A DNA stretch of 30,049 nucleotides from a virus (IMGVR_UViG_3300020045_000678:1-30049); one strand, 5' to 3'. Counted from the stretch's first letter, positions 19,393 to 27,975 are shown. Translations and numbers: made by a program. Notes: generated from the sequence alone by a model not told the origin.

Positions 19393-21300
19393 CTATACTT
19401 CGCAGTAACCAGAAACGCAAGCCAAAGTTTGTGCTCCTTCTGTATTATCACTTGTTTCTACAAACCCATCCCATGAGAAATCTTTAGGTTGCTGAGAAAG
19501 CATTAAAGCATACTCGTCTTCTGTAATCTCTTCATAAGGGGCTTGTTGGTATGTGTGATTAGAATGTGGGAGAAAACTGATGCCACTAATCTCGTCAAAG
19601 TATTTCCATACCCAAGCACCAACTTCAACCCATTCGTCATCTTTAACAGTGATTGTAACAGAAGGTTTATGTTCACACCAATGTCGTTGGTAGATTAACC
19701 ATAATTCTAATTGCTCAATCGCTGTCTTATCATTACGAGTTAAACTTCCCTCTGGTGCTTTAATAGGAAAGCTAAACACCGCGGTAGACTCTGGGCGGAA
19801 AACTTCATCTTCCACTTGACAACCTTTGTCTTTAAGATAGGGATAAATCGGGTCTTTTTTATCCATTCGTATACGTCGAATGTAATAAGGACTATGCCTA
19901 GTGTGAATCCCGCTTGCGCTATCCACAAGTTGGGAAACCGTCCCACTTGGTTTAACACAAGTAATTGCCACAGAAGCAGAAACCCCAAGTCGTTCAGCAA
20001 ATTCCTCATTTGTATTTCGTGCTACCTCTCGTAAATCTTCTAATGTTTTAGCTAAGAACTCAGTGGTATGTCCATCTGTACTGTTAAGTAACGAGTTGTC
20101 CATAATACCAGTGAGGCTAACACCTAAAAGGCGCTCTTCTTCTGTATTCTTTTTCCATTCTTCCGAAAGGAATTGGAAATCTGTAAGAGTAGATTGAATA
20201 GTCCCTAATATTGATGCAAGACGTACTTTTCTTGCAAGACTATCAAAGGTATCCTCTGCTCGTACCACAACTTCCGTAAGGTTGCAGAACTGTTTATCAC
20301 GTAGAATAATCTCTGAACATGGGTTTGTTCCGTAGCTAAACTCTTTACTTCTTCGTCCCCACTTACTTGCTTGAGCTTGAGAAGCAACGCGATTAAATAT
20401 TCCTCGTTCACCAGATTTGGATTTAACCAAACTAAGCCACTCTTCCATGAAGGTCTCAGCGTCAGGTTTCTCCGTGTAAGCAACGGAATTGTTTGCAAGC
20501 CCTCTTTGCGGATTCTGCTCATACCACGCTCCAATTTTAGCATCACGCATACGTTTATCTGTAAGATTAGATAGAGAGATTAGGGCAGAGCGTCTAACAC
20601 CGCCTACAACTACAATCTCACCAATCATACACATAATATCATGTACTTCTATACTAGTAAGTTTCCTTCCAGCCGCGTCTTTGAATGATGCAACGCAGAA
20701 GTCAAAAAGTCTTTTAAGTGGTTCATGACCAGAAGCTCGTCCCCCAAAAGTTTTAAGTCGCTCTCCAGCTCCTCGCACTCTTGAATAGTCAACTCTGGGA
20801 ATGTCTCCCTCCCATAAGGAGCTGAGAAGTTTTTTATAAGCTTTTGCCCATCCAAGCTTGCTATCAGCGACGACAATAACATCATCTACCTCCCTAAATG
20901 TTTGTGGAATTAATGGTAGTTGGTTTACCTCTTGACGTTCACAAGAGAAGCCAACACCAGTGCCATTCATGAGAATGTAAAGTGCCTCACTGAAAGCACG
21001 CTTATTATTAACAGCCAAATAAGAACAGTTGTAAGCCGCAATGTTATCCCTTTCTACAGCCTTCCCTGCAGACATTAACAAACGCATAGAAGGCATTACT
21101 TCGAGATTTAGAATAGCTGTTCGTAATTCTCCAAGTTCTCCATTCCAATAAAAGTCTTGTTTTTGTAGCCTTTTATCTACATAATTAATGAGGCGGTCAA
21201 CTGTCTCTTCCCAACTCTCCCTACGATGTTCTTCTTCCAAAAATCTACTATATCTTGACCGATGTATGATACTTTGATAGGTACTAGGCAACTCAATCAT
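19393..21300 (-). CDS. nrdJ: Class II (B12-dependent) ribonucleotide reductase
   Basis: YNCSY, VVVGGVRRSA, TNPCSEI, CNLTEV, KPSGTVSQL and C-terminal CVSGYC; no beta subunit in the window. Confidence 0.9.
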   Translation of the reverse strand: MIELPSTYQSIIHRSRYSRFLEEEHRRESWEETVDRLINYVDKRLQKQDFYWNGELGELRTAILNLEVMPSMRLLMSAGKAVERDNIAAYNCSYLAVNNKRAFSEALYILMNGTGVGFSCERQEVNQLPLIPQTFREVDDVIVVADSKLGWAKAYKKLLSSLWEGDIPRVDYSRVRGAGERLKTFGGRASGHEPLKRLFDFCVASFKDAAGRKLTSIEVHDIMCMIGEIVVVGGVRRSALISLSNLTDKRMRDAKIGAWYEQNPQRGLANNSVAYTEKPDAETFMEEWLSLVKSKSGERGIFNRVASQAQASKWGRRSKEFSYGTNPCSEIILRDKQFCNLTEVVVRAEDTFDSLARKVRLASILGTIQSTLTDFQFLSEEWKKNTEEERLLGVSLTGIMDNSLLNSTDGHTTEFLAKTLEDLREVARNTNEEFAERLGVSASVAITCVKPSGTVSQLVDSASGIHTRHSPYYIRRIRMDKKDPIYPYLKDKGCQVEDEVFRPESTAVFSFPIKAPEGSLTRNDKTAIEQLELWLIYQRHWCEHKPSVTITVKDDEWVEVGAWVWKYFDEISGISFLPHSNHTYQQAPYEEITEDEYALMLSQQPKDFSWDGFVETSDNTEGAQTLACVSGYCEV

Positions 21301-21461
21301 TTAAATCCTTTATGTAAACTAACTACGGCATTAACTATATTAACATCGTAGGCGTAATTTGTTTTATTCATTATTCTTAATATTTCTATCGCCTTATCTA
21401 ACTTATTTTCAGATGTCTTTAAGTCATTTAGAATAGGCTCTAGTATTGGTCTATTCGTCAT
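21297..21461 (-). CDS. Hypothetical protein (54 aa; not in ORF track)
   Basis: MTNRPILEPILNDLK...HKGFK; ATGA overlap with the nrdJ start. Confidence 0.55.
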   Translation of the reverse strand: MTNRPILEPILNDLKTSENKLDKAIEILRIMNKTNYAYDVNIVNAVVSLHKGFK

Positions 21462-21624
21462 CGTCTTCTAACTCAAGAAGTTCTAGTAACTTGTCTCGTT
21501 TATCTTCTAATTCGTCACTAAACGCTTCCACTAATCTATCAGAAGTTATTTCCAGAATGTCTAGTAAAGTAACTTCGTCAATCTGCTGACTTACTTTTTC
21601 TTTTAACTCACTGTGTGTCAACAT
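21451..21624 (-). CDS. Small acidic phage protein (57 aa; not in ORF track)
   Basis: MLTHSELKEKVSQQIDEVTLLDILEITSDRLVEAF...; fills the gap in the operon. Confidence 0.7.
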   Translation of the reverse strand: MLTHSELKEKVSQQIDEVTLLDILEITSDRLVEAFSDELEDKRDKLLELLELEDDDE

Positions 21625-21814
21625 GTAACATCCATTTCTTAATCTCTTCTAACTCTTGGATTGAACTATCAATAACCCCTTGAACGTATAATAAAGCCCC
21701 TTCCGAGGCTTCATAAGACGTGGGGGACACTGTCATATCAAGAGCTACAGTATCTAAGGTTCTAGCTACATGGCTTAACTTATTAGCCAACTCTTTTGTT
21801 TTCATAAGCCTCAC
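21608..21814 (-). CDS. Hypothetical protein
   Basis: Tiles the operon with overlaps; true start may be a few codons downstream. Confidence 0.5.
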   Translation of the reverse strand: MRLMKTKELANKLSHVARTLDTVALDMTVSPTSYEASEGALLYVQGVIDSSIQELEEIKKWMLHVDTQ

Positions 21815-22013
21815 CTTCCATTTGTTTTAGCAACTCAATAAAATGTATTGCTTTGTCTAAATCTTCAAGACCACCTTTATCTCTCCACCTACAAAGATAC
21901 TTAATAGCTGTCGATTCTATATAAGGGATGTTATTAACATGACAAAACTCAACAGGCTGGATTTTAAATTTCTTATAATGTCCACCAGCCACTTGTTTTT
22001 CTAACGCACTCAT
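21783..22013 (-). CDS. DUF3310 / T7 gp1.7-like protein
   Basis: QVAGGHY..IQPVEF...AIKYLCRWRDKGGLEDLDKA. Confidence 0.85.
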   Translation of the reverse strand: MSALEKQVAGGHYKKFKIQPVEFCHVNNIPYIESTAIKYLCRWRDKGGLEDLDKAIHFIELLKQMEGEAYENKRVG

Positions 22014-22759
22014 TAAACAATCTCCGAAGTTTTAGCTTGTTTTCTATTAAGAATTTTGTTATCTTTAAACCAGCCTCCACACGAATTGCATTGATAGCGT
22101 TGGAACTGGCTAGCCAAAGTGTAACTAAACCCACGTTTATGAACATGTGAACTACCACAACGAGGGCATAGAAGAACATCACCACCGTTAATGACAGAGT
22201 AGTTAGCGTGTCCTTTAATCCATGGCAGTAGTTTTTCATATACTTTCTCCAATACCAAAACATCTTGAATGTTATACGCTTTCATTTCCTCCCATGCCAG
22301 AGGGTCTCCGTGCATACAACCAACCCAAAGAGTGAATCCACTATTCTGCATTTTCTCTCCTACTCCAAGAGCCTTAGCAACATACTCTAGTTTATTAGAG
22401 GGGAATTTAAACTGTCTTTTAGCTGTTTCTAACAAGTCAATTTGCTTATAAGGTGAGGGTGGCATTAAACCAACTTCTAAAAACTCACGATTGATGTGAG
22501 GCATGTCATGTCGCTTACCATTATAGTGAATTACAGCATCGGCTTCGTCTAAAAGCTCATGTAACCCTTTCATCATATGTCTCTGAGAATGGGTTTGAAC
22601 ACTGTCAAAGAACACTTTCTCACTACCTAACCATTTAGCGGCATAACAGAGCATTTTAGTAGTAGAAACTAGCTGATTAATTGCTATATTCTGCTCCCAT
22701 AAGCCCCAGATATACCCTAGATTAGGTGTGTTTTCTATATCTAACAGAAGAATTTTCAT
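22013..22759 (-). CDS. DEDDy/RNase H-like 3'-5' exonuclease with C-terminal Zn ribbon
   Basis: LLDIE, HYNGKRHD, SNKLEY, YNIQDV; CPRC..CNSC. Confidence 0.85.
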   Translation of the reverse strand: MKILLLDIENTPNLGYIWGLWEQNIAINQLVSTTKMLCYAAKWLGSEKVFFDSVQTHSQRHMMKGLHELLDEADAVIHYNGKRHDMPHINREFLEVGLMPPSPYKQIDLLETAKRQFKFPSNKLEYVAKALGVGEKMQNSGFTLWVGCMHGDPLAWEEMKAYNIQDVLVLEKVYEKLLPWIKGHANYSVINGGDVLLCPRCGSSHVHKRGFSYTLASQFQRYQCNSCGGWFKDNKILNRKQAKTSEIV

Positions 22760-23019
22760 TACTTCCCTTCACTGTAGTCTTTCTCAATCTGTTGGTAGAG
22801 TTGGTCTAAATCGTACCCTACATTTCCGTTTTGCCCAACGATATCAATCCTATCCTCGTCCCACTCTTGGGAACTGTCCAGAGATTTATCGGGGGGAGGT
22901 TTAATTCCCCCCAACTTAGGCTTCTTTTTACCGAAGACTAATTCCCATCGTTTATTTTCTTCTTCTTGTGAAATTTGTTTAGGGCGTCTTCCACTACCCT
23001 TCCCACCATCCGAACTCAT
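22759..23019 (-). CDS. Hypothetical protein
   Basis: SDGGKGSGRRP N-terminus; RIDIVGQNGN; coupled overlaps. Confidence 0.6.
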   Translation of the reverse strand: MSSDGGKGSGRRPKQISQEEENKRWELVFGKKKPKLGGIKPPPDKSLDSSQEWDEDRIDIVGQNGNVGYDLDQLYQQIEKDYSEGK

Positions 23020-23210
23020 TGCATAGACCCTTCTGGGATAGCTAAGTCTAGGTTGAGTTGTTCTGGTGCTTCTTGAACAGATAATAAACCCTCTGCTAGC
23101 AGATGATTGATTGCGTAGGTCATGAGAAAGCTAACTTGGTCGTCTGTCAAAGCCCAACTCGTGTCATAACCCCCTTCTTTATTCTTCTTTACTTGTTTTA
23201 TTACTATCAT
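23016..23210 (-). CDS. Hypothetical protein
   Basis: 64 aa; ATGA-coupled. Confidence 0.55.
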   Translation of the reverse strand: MIVIKQVKKNKEGGYDTSWALTDDQVSFLMTYAINHLLAEGLLSVQEAPEQLNLDLAIPEGSMQ

Positions 23211-23223
23211 TATTATTATTTTC

Positions 23224-23415
23224 CTAAATAAATTTATATATCACTATGACGGAGTTGTACTTATCATAAATCTCTATGCTGTCTTCCGTAGGTTTCGCAT
23301 AAAGGTGATGTAAGAAGAAGTTTCTATATACATCAAGAGAATTTCTAGGTAGATTTACTATTTCTGGCTCTTGTGTTTTTTCTACTTTCATTTTCAGCCT
23401 TAGTCTTTTTATCAT
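23224..23415 (-). CDS. Hypothetical protein (start uncertain)
   Basis: Fills the gap between the HNH gene and the next gene. Confidence 0.4.
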   Translation of the reverse strand: MIKRLRLKMKVEKTQEPEIVNLPRNSLDVYRNFFLHHLYAKPTEDSIEIYDKYNSVIVIYKFI

Positions 23416-23734
23416 GACAAGTGGTACACAAAACCTGTAGATTTTCTATAGGACAGAATAGGTTTTTAACATATTCATCCCAAGACACAAACCCATCATC
23501 TGGATTTACTATAGGGTTTACGTGGTCTACTTGCACATCCACGGTTGGAAACTCTTGTTTACAGGAGTTACAAAGATAGTGAGCAGATTGTCTCCCACTC
23601 TTTACGTTTGTTTTCTTACCTGTAAAAGCCTCTTTTAAACAATCGTACTTAGGGGGATATTTCCGAAACCCCCCACGTAACGTAGAGGTTATGAAGGTAC
23701 GAAGTCGTCCTGCACTCCATTCGGTGGTTGCCAT
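23345..23734 (-). CDS. HNH-family nuclease
   Basis: CNSC..VQVDHVNP...NLQVLCTTCHDKKT. Confidence 0.8.
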   Translation of the reverse strand: MATTEWSAGRLRTFITSTLRGGFRKYPPKYDCLKEAFTGKKTNVKSGRQSAHYLCNSCKQEFPTVDVQVDHVNPIVNPDDGFVSWDEYVKNLFCPIENLQVLCTTCHDKKTKAENESRKNTRARNSKST

Positions 23735-24405
23735 ATCTCTCCCTTAAAGGCTCTTATTTTTAGTTGTTGTCCTATAGCTGTAATTTGCTCTAATGTAGTG
23801 TGTGGAGAACGTTTTGCATACTCAGACACTACAATATCGAACATTAAGTCTTCTTCTAAGAGGGAGGGGAGGATTTTCTCTGCTGTTTTCATAGCAACCC
23901 CCTTAATCCCCTTGATATTATCTACATCATCCCCAACTAGTAGCTGTCTGTAGAAGAATAATAGAGCGTCTTCTGAGGTTGTGTAAAACTTCTCTTGCTT
24001 GACAAAGTTATACTTATGTCCAACAACACCATATAGAATGTCCTTATCGTTAGAGCATCCTACAGTGTTTTCTGGGTCTTGTGCCTGAGCGATTCCAATC
24101 AAGTCATCCGCCTCTTCACTAATCCCCTCAACAGCGTTCATATGCTCTACCATAAAGTCTCGCATAGCTAAGAAGTGTTTAGGTTTTTCACTACTACGAT
24201 TTCCCTTATACTCAGGGTTAATTTTAGTACGAAAGTTCTCAGCACGACTACAAGAGAGATATAAAACAACTTCGGTAGCATCTACAGCATCAGCAATACT
24301 ATGAACATACTCCACCAACCCATCTATAGCCTCTTCCACTGGGAGTTCTTCGGTTTTAAACCCTAACCTATACAAAAGAACATCTGCGTCTATAAGAGCC
24401 TTCAT
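23689..24405 (-). CDS. 5'-3' exonuclease (T7 gp6/FEN-like)
   Basis: LIDAD, YKGNR, EADD, DKD, GD..DNIKGIKGV. Confidence 0.9.
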   Translation of the reverse strand: MKALIDADVLLYRLGFKTEELPVEEAIDGLVEYVHSIADAVDATEVVLYLSCSRAENFRTKINPEYKGNRSSEKPKHFLAMRDFMVEHMNAVEGISEEADDLIGIAQAQDPENTVGCSNDKDILYGVVGHKYNFVKQEKFYTTSEDALLFFYRQLLVGDDVDNIKGIKGVAMKTAEKILPSLLEEDLMFDIVVSEYAKRSPHTTLEQITAIGQQLKIRAFKGEIWQPPNGVQDDFVPS

Positions 24406-24722
24406 TATAGATTTGGTCGTAATTCAAAATCACTCTGAGGGTAGAAAAACTCAAAGATTTTCTTCTCTTCTGGAATCTGAATTACAATGTGAACACGACC
24501 ATCTGATAAAAGCTCCCAACAACCCTCATAAGACTCACTTGTAGGGACGTTGATAGCAAAAGACTGGTAAAGGTCTAGTTTATTTGTGTTTGTAAACACT
24601 CGACAAGGTTTGTCTGTTAAAACTAGTTGTTGAGTTTCATTTTGTTGCCTATATCTTTCGATAGAGATAGCAGAATGAGATAATGTTGGTACTAATAACA
24701 TTAAAGCTAAAATAAATTTCAT
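24405..24722 (-). CDS. Secreted/periplasmic protein with signal peptide
   Basis: MKFILALMLLVPTLSHSA signal-like N-terminus; LVLTDKPC...EGCW. Confidence 0.65.
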   Translation of the reverse strand: MKFILALMLLVPTLSHSAISIERYRQQNETQQLVLTDKPCRVFTNTNKLDLYQSFAINVPTSESYEGCWELLSDGRVHIVIQIPEEKKIFEFFYPQSDFELRPNL

Positions 24723-24896
24723 TTAATTTTCCTTAAATTAGTGGTTCTTCGACTAGGAAACTCCCAATCCTACGACTTCCCCATTGCCGTTAATATACTA
24801 CAAGGTTGCGCTTGGACACACACGACAGCCTATCAGTTTAAGTGGTAGGAAAGTAGTGCTGCCTCATTAAGTATGTCTATAGGCGTGTAGTATGTA

Positions 24897-25352
24897 TTAA
24901 TCTGGCAAATCGTCTGGTTTTGTTGACTTACCTGAGTTCTCAAACACAAAATCGGTCAACTCATTAGCTAAATTTTTAACCTGTTCTTTATCTACAGTTT
25001 TTGCTCCAACTGTGAGGATAGAGACAGCGGCTGATAAGGAACTTTGGCGGACAATGAGGCGTTGGCGGATTGTGCGTTCATCCTTTCCCTCAAAATCTCG
25101 ACCTGCGTAACCAGCATTTGAACTTGCTGTTGAAGGCTTATTATTTGCTCCTGTAGGAAGACTAGGTTGTCCTTCTGACCAGCCTTTGATGATGGATTTA
25201 ACATCGTAAAAACCCCCTGCATTTTTCTCTTGTTCGAGTGTGAATTGTTCACCTGCAACTAAACCTTCTAGTTGTGCTTTAAGTGGAGCATTAAATCGTA
25301 AACCCTGAATTGGCTTTGCAATTGTACGAACATCACCACCATCAGATTTATA
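24897..25352 (-). pseudogene. N-terminally truncated SSB-like protein (151 codons, no upstream start)
   Basis: Open frame YKSDGGDVRT...EKNAGGFYDV...RQRLIVRQSSLSAAV...KPDDLPD*. An in-frame stop lies 3 codons upstream, inside the junction insert. SSB call is inferred from the acidic tail and position. Confidence 0.6.
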
Positions 25353-25488
25353 ACAGGTTATTTAAGAGGTTGTCAACAACTTTATTCCATACCGTCAACA
25401 GCATCCCACTGACCGTCCTCATAACCATCCATGTATCCTTTCTCACCACCTACCAAATAACCTAAACCAAATAATACTCCACCCACTA
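25349..25488 (-). repeat. Diverged inverted copy of 26249-26388 (small gene plus promoter)
   Basis: Manual alignment gives 10 substitutions and 1 indel over about 140 bp; flanked by TATAACA at 25349-25355 and 25491-25497. Confidence 0.9.
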
Positions 25489-25491
25489 AAT

Positions 25492-26094
25492 ATAACACTT
25501 GACATTCCTAAAGAACCATATAAATGGCTTAAATCTTATGGTATTACTGATGAAGAGATTGTAAATAACAATTTAATGTGGGGAAATGGAATGTTAATTT
25601 TCCCCTATTACGAAAGGGAGAATAATGAAATATCCAAACAGTCCAGCGGGGAATCTGTGTCAGTATTTGGAGACAAATCACCCAATGATAGTCTCCAATA
25701 TTGGCAAGGTAGGTATTTTCCTACACAAAGCCCTAAAGTTATTAATAGGGGTTTCCCTGATAAGTATGTTAACTTTCGCACTAACTTGCGTAATGATGGT
25801 AGTGGGGGGGATGGTCGCATTATTGTTGTGGAGGATTCTTTATCTGCTATAAAAGTAAACCGAGTGGAAAATAGCATGGAGTTACTAGGTAGTAACCTAT
25901 CAATGCACAAAGCTCTAAGGTTGTCAAGAGTTTTCTCTCACTTGACTTTATGGTTGGATAGTGATAAACTATTAACAGCAACTAAATTTGTAAACAAGTA
26001 TTCTAGTTTATTTGACAAGTGTGATTATATTTACACTGAGAAAGACCCAAAAGAATATTCAACAGAAGAAATAAGGAAAATATTAAATGAATAA
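25492..26094 (+). CDS. Toprim DNA primase, N-terminally truncated (no Zn-binding domain)
   Basis: Primase-like sequence runs upstream of the called ATG at 25576 (TLDIPKEPYKWLKSYGIT); LIFP, WQGR, IIVVEDSLSAIKV, LWLDSD, KDPK motifs. Confidence 0.75.
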   Translation: MTLDIPKEPYKWLKSYGITDEEIVNNNLMWGNGMLIFPYYERENNEISKQSSGESVSVFGDKSPNDSLQYWQGRYFPTQSPKVINRGFPDKYVNFRTNLRNDGSGGDGRIIVVEDSLSAIKVNRVENSMELLGSNLSMHKALRLSRVFSHLTLWLDSDKLLTATKFVNKYSSLFDKCDYIYTEKDPKEYSTEEIRKILNE

Positions 26095-26239
26095 TGATGT
26101 TTTAGAAGTGTTACAAGAGTTGGAAGAACTAGTAAAGCAGTTCAAGGATGGGCGTGAAGGTATTAAAGAAGAGTTACTAGACTTTATTGGGTATCAACGT
26201 AGTATTTACAGTGGTTCTAAGGGAGAATGTGCATGTTAG
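26087..26239 (+). CDS. Hypothetical protein (50 aa; not in ORF track)
   Basis: TAAGGA RBS; MNNDVLEVLQELEELVKQF...ECAC. Confidence 0.55.
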   Translation: MNNDVLEVLQELEELVKQFKDGREGIKEELLDFIGYQRSIYSGSKGECAC

Positions 26240-26355
26240 GTTATTTTATAGTGGGTGGAGTACTCTTTGGTTTAGGCTATTTGCTAGGAGGCGAGAAAGG
26301 CTATATGGATGGTTATGAGGACGGTCAGTGGGACGCTGTTGACGGTATGGAATAA
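26233..26355 (+). CDS. 40-aa membrane peptide (not in ORF track)
   Basis: MLGYFIVGGVLFGLGYLLGGEKGYMDGYEDGQWDAVDGME; GGAG RBS; coding status supported by mostly synonymous differences from its inverted copy. Confidence 0.75.
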   Translation: MLGYFIVGGVLFGLGYLLGGEKGYMDGYEDGQWDAVDGME

Positions 26356-26360
26356 AGTTG

Positions 26361-26389
26361 TTGACAACATCTTAAAAACCTGTTATAAT
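26361..26389 (+). promoter_or_regulatory. Consensus sigma70 promoter for the helicase-polymerase operon
   Basis: TTGACA(26361-26366)-17-TATAAT(26384-26389), with extended TG. Confidence 0.85.
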
Positions 26390-26411
26390 TTATTATATAA
26401 TATATATTAAT

Positions 26412-26468
26412 TAAGACCTATATAGGTCTTATATTAAAACATAAAGTCTTTTAATAGACTTTATGTTT
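26412..26468. repeat. Palindrome pair in the helicase leader
   Basis: Perfect 20-bp palindrome TAAGACCTATATAGGTCTTA (26412-26431); 13-bp stem AAACATAAAGTCT/AGACTTTATGTTT (26437-26468). Confidence 0.8.
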
Positions 26469-26494
26469 ATTATAATTAATAGAAAGGACTTAAT

Positions 26495-27754
26495 ATCAAT
26501 CTTGATTTAGTATTATTAAAGTTGTTTTTAAATAAAGCTATATTTACTAAGTACTCTAAAATATTAAATTTAGATTACTATAAACAAAATAACAAAGAGT
26601 TCTTTAAACTCTTCTTATCACTCTTCAAGTTTCATGAACAGTCTACCGAAGAATCTGTCTTAGACGACTTTGTGGTGTTCTACTATACTCTCTACCCGAT
26701 GGTTAAACCAGAGGAAAGACAATTCCTAGATAACATCTTCGAGAAGGTTGGTGTCTTAGAAGTTGACGAAGCTTTAACACTCGACTACCTTAACAAACAT
26801 CTTAACCAAACGGTGGCAACCAGTGTCGCAATCAAGGCTTTAGAGGTTTCTCAAGGAAGAGCTGAAATGTCGGAGGTGTTCGAGCTATTAGATAGCGTCC
26901 AAAACGAACAGGAAGCCCCCTCAGAGGACTTATTTATCTCAGATGACCTAGAGCTATTGGTTAATGATGTTATAACGTCTCAGGGGCTTCGCTGGAGATT
27001 AAACACCATGAACAAAATGGTGGGGAGTCTTCGTAAAGGGGATTTTGGATTTGTGTTCGCTAGACCAGAAACTGGTAAGACAACTTTCTTAGCTAGTGAA
27101 GTTACATTTATGGCAGAGCAAGCCAAACAACAAGGGCTTGGAGCTGTCTTATGGCTTAACAACGAAGAGCAGGGGAGTAAGGTGATGTTACGATGTTACC
27201 AATCTGTCTTTGGAATCACTCAGCAAGAGTTGTTCACCAACTTAAACTATTACAAGGATGAATATGAAAAACGAATAGGACATCATCTCAGGATTTATGA
27301 CAATGCTAAACTGGTTAAGGCTGACGTAGAGAGAATCTGTAAAGAGTTAAACCCATCCCTAATCATCTGTGACCAACTTGATAAAGTTTATTGGGCTGAT
27401 AACGAACGGCATGACTTGAAGATGAAAGCTATCTACCAATGGGGGCGTGAATTGTCTAAGATGTACGGTGCTTTTATTGGGGTTTGTCAAGCTGGTGGTG
27501 AGGGTGAAGGGAAAAAATACCTTAACATGGATGATGTTGACAGCTCTAAGACAGCAAAACAAGGTGAGGCAGATTTCATGATTGGCATTGGTAAGACACA
27601 CACAGACGGTGAGGAATTCTTACGATTTCTATCTATCTGTAAAAACAAGTTAGCAGGTGATGTTGACACAATTCCAGAACTTCGTCATGGTAAAATGCCT
27701 GTTATTATTCAGCCTGAAACGGCTAGGTACAAAGATAGTGTGGAGTTAAAATGA
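26495..27754 (+). CDS. DnaB-like replicative helicase; probable ATC start at 26495
   Basis: Walker A ARPETGKTT, NNEE, IICDQLDK, KQGEAD, KNK. SD AAAGGA lies 6 nt before an in-frame ATC; the track start is TTG 26522. Confidence 0.9.
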   Translation: MNLDLVLLKLFLNKAIFTKYSKILNLDYYKQNNKEFFKLFLSLFKFHEQSTEESVLDDFVVFYYTLYPMVKPEERQFLDNIFEKVGVLEVDEALTLDYLNKHLNQTVATSVAIKALEVSQGRAEMSEVFELLDSVQNEQEAPSEDLFISDDLELLVNDVITSQGLRWRLNTMNKMVGSLRKGDFGFVFARPETGKTTFLASEVTFMAEQAKQQGLGAVLWLNNEEQGSKVMLRCYQSVFGITQQELFTNLNYYKDEYEKRIGHHLRIYDNAKLVKADVERICKELNPSLIICDQLDKVYWADNERHDLKMKAIYQWGRELSKMYGAFIGVCQAGGEGEGKKYLNMDDVDSSKTAKQGEADFMIGIGKTHTDGEEFLRFLSICKNKLAGDVDTIPELRHGKMPVIIQPETARYKDSVELK

Positions 27755-27975
27755 AAGACCATGAAATAAGAGAATTAGTGTCTGAGCTAACCCAAGTTGC
27801 TAAGGATTACGCACTAACACAACAACTTAGGAGTAGAATTGGTGAGGTTGTTATTAAGCACGTTAAAAAAGCAACGCCTACAACTTCTACTTGGGACAAA
27901 TATGAAAACGTAGATAGGCAGGGAGGTAGCTTTAGTCAGTCTGAAATGGATGCCTATAATGCTAATAATTACTAA
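27751..27975 (+). CDS. Hypothetical protein
   Basis: 74 aa; coupled to both neighbours; GGAG RBS; DRQGGSF motif. Confidence 0.6.
   Translation: MKDHEIRELVSELTQVAKDYALTQQLRSRIGEVVIKHVKKATPTTSTWDKYENVDRQGGSFSQSEMDAYNANNY

Noticed and set aside
24790-24875. Twister or hammerhead ribozyme (minus strand TTAATGAGGC...GTCCAAGC)
   Set aside because: Superficial motif similarity only. The required P2 partner and pseudoknot pairings, or the CUGAUGA/GAAA core, could not be built.
24992-25258. 88-aa minus-strand ORF from the track
   Set aside because: Shadow frame. The longer overlapping frame 24897-25352 has protein-like SSB-type features and was missed only because it lacks a start.
25492-25494. ATA start for an intact short primase
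   Set aside because: No SD upstream, it coincides with the junction 7-mer, and the Zn-binding domain would still be missing
25349-26388. Invertible segment (shufflon or phase switch) between the 140-bp inverted repeats
   Set aside because: Flipping 25489-26248 restores neither the primase nor the SSB-like gene, and no recombinase is present in the window
25349-26388. DGR template/variable repeat pair
   Set aside because: Differences are not adenine-specific, are mostly synonymous, and there is no reverse transcriptase
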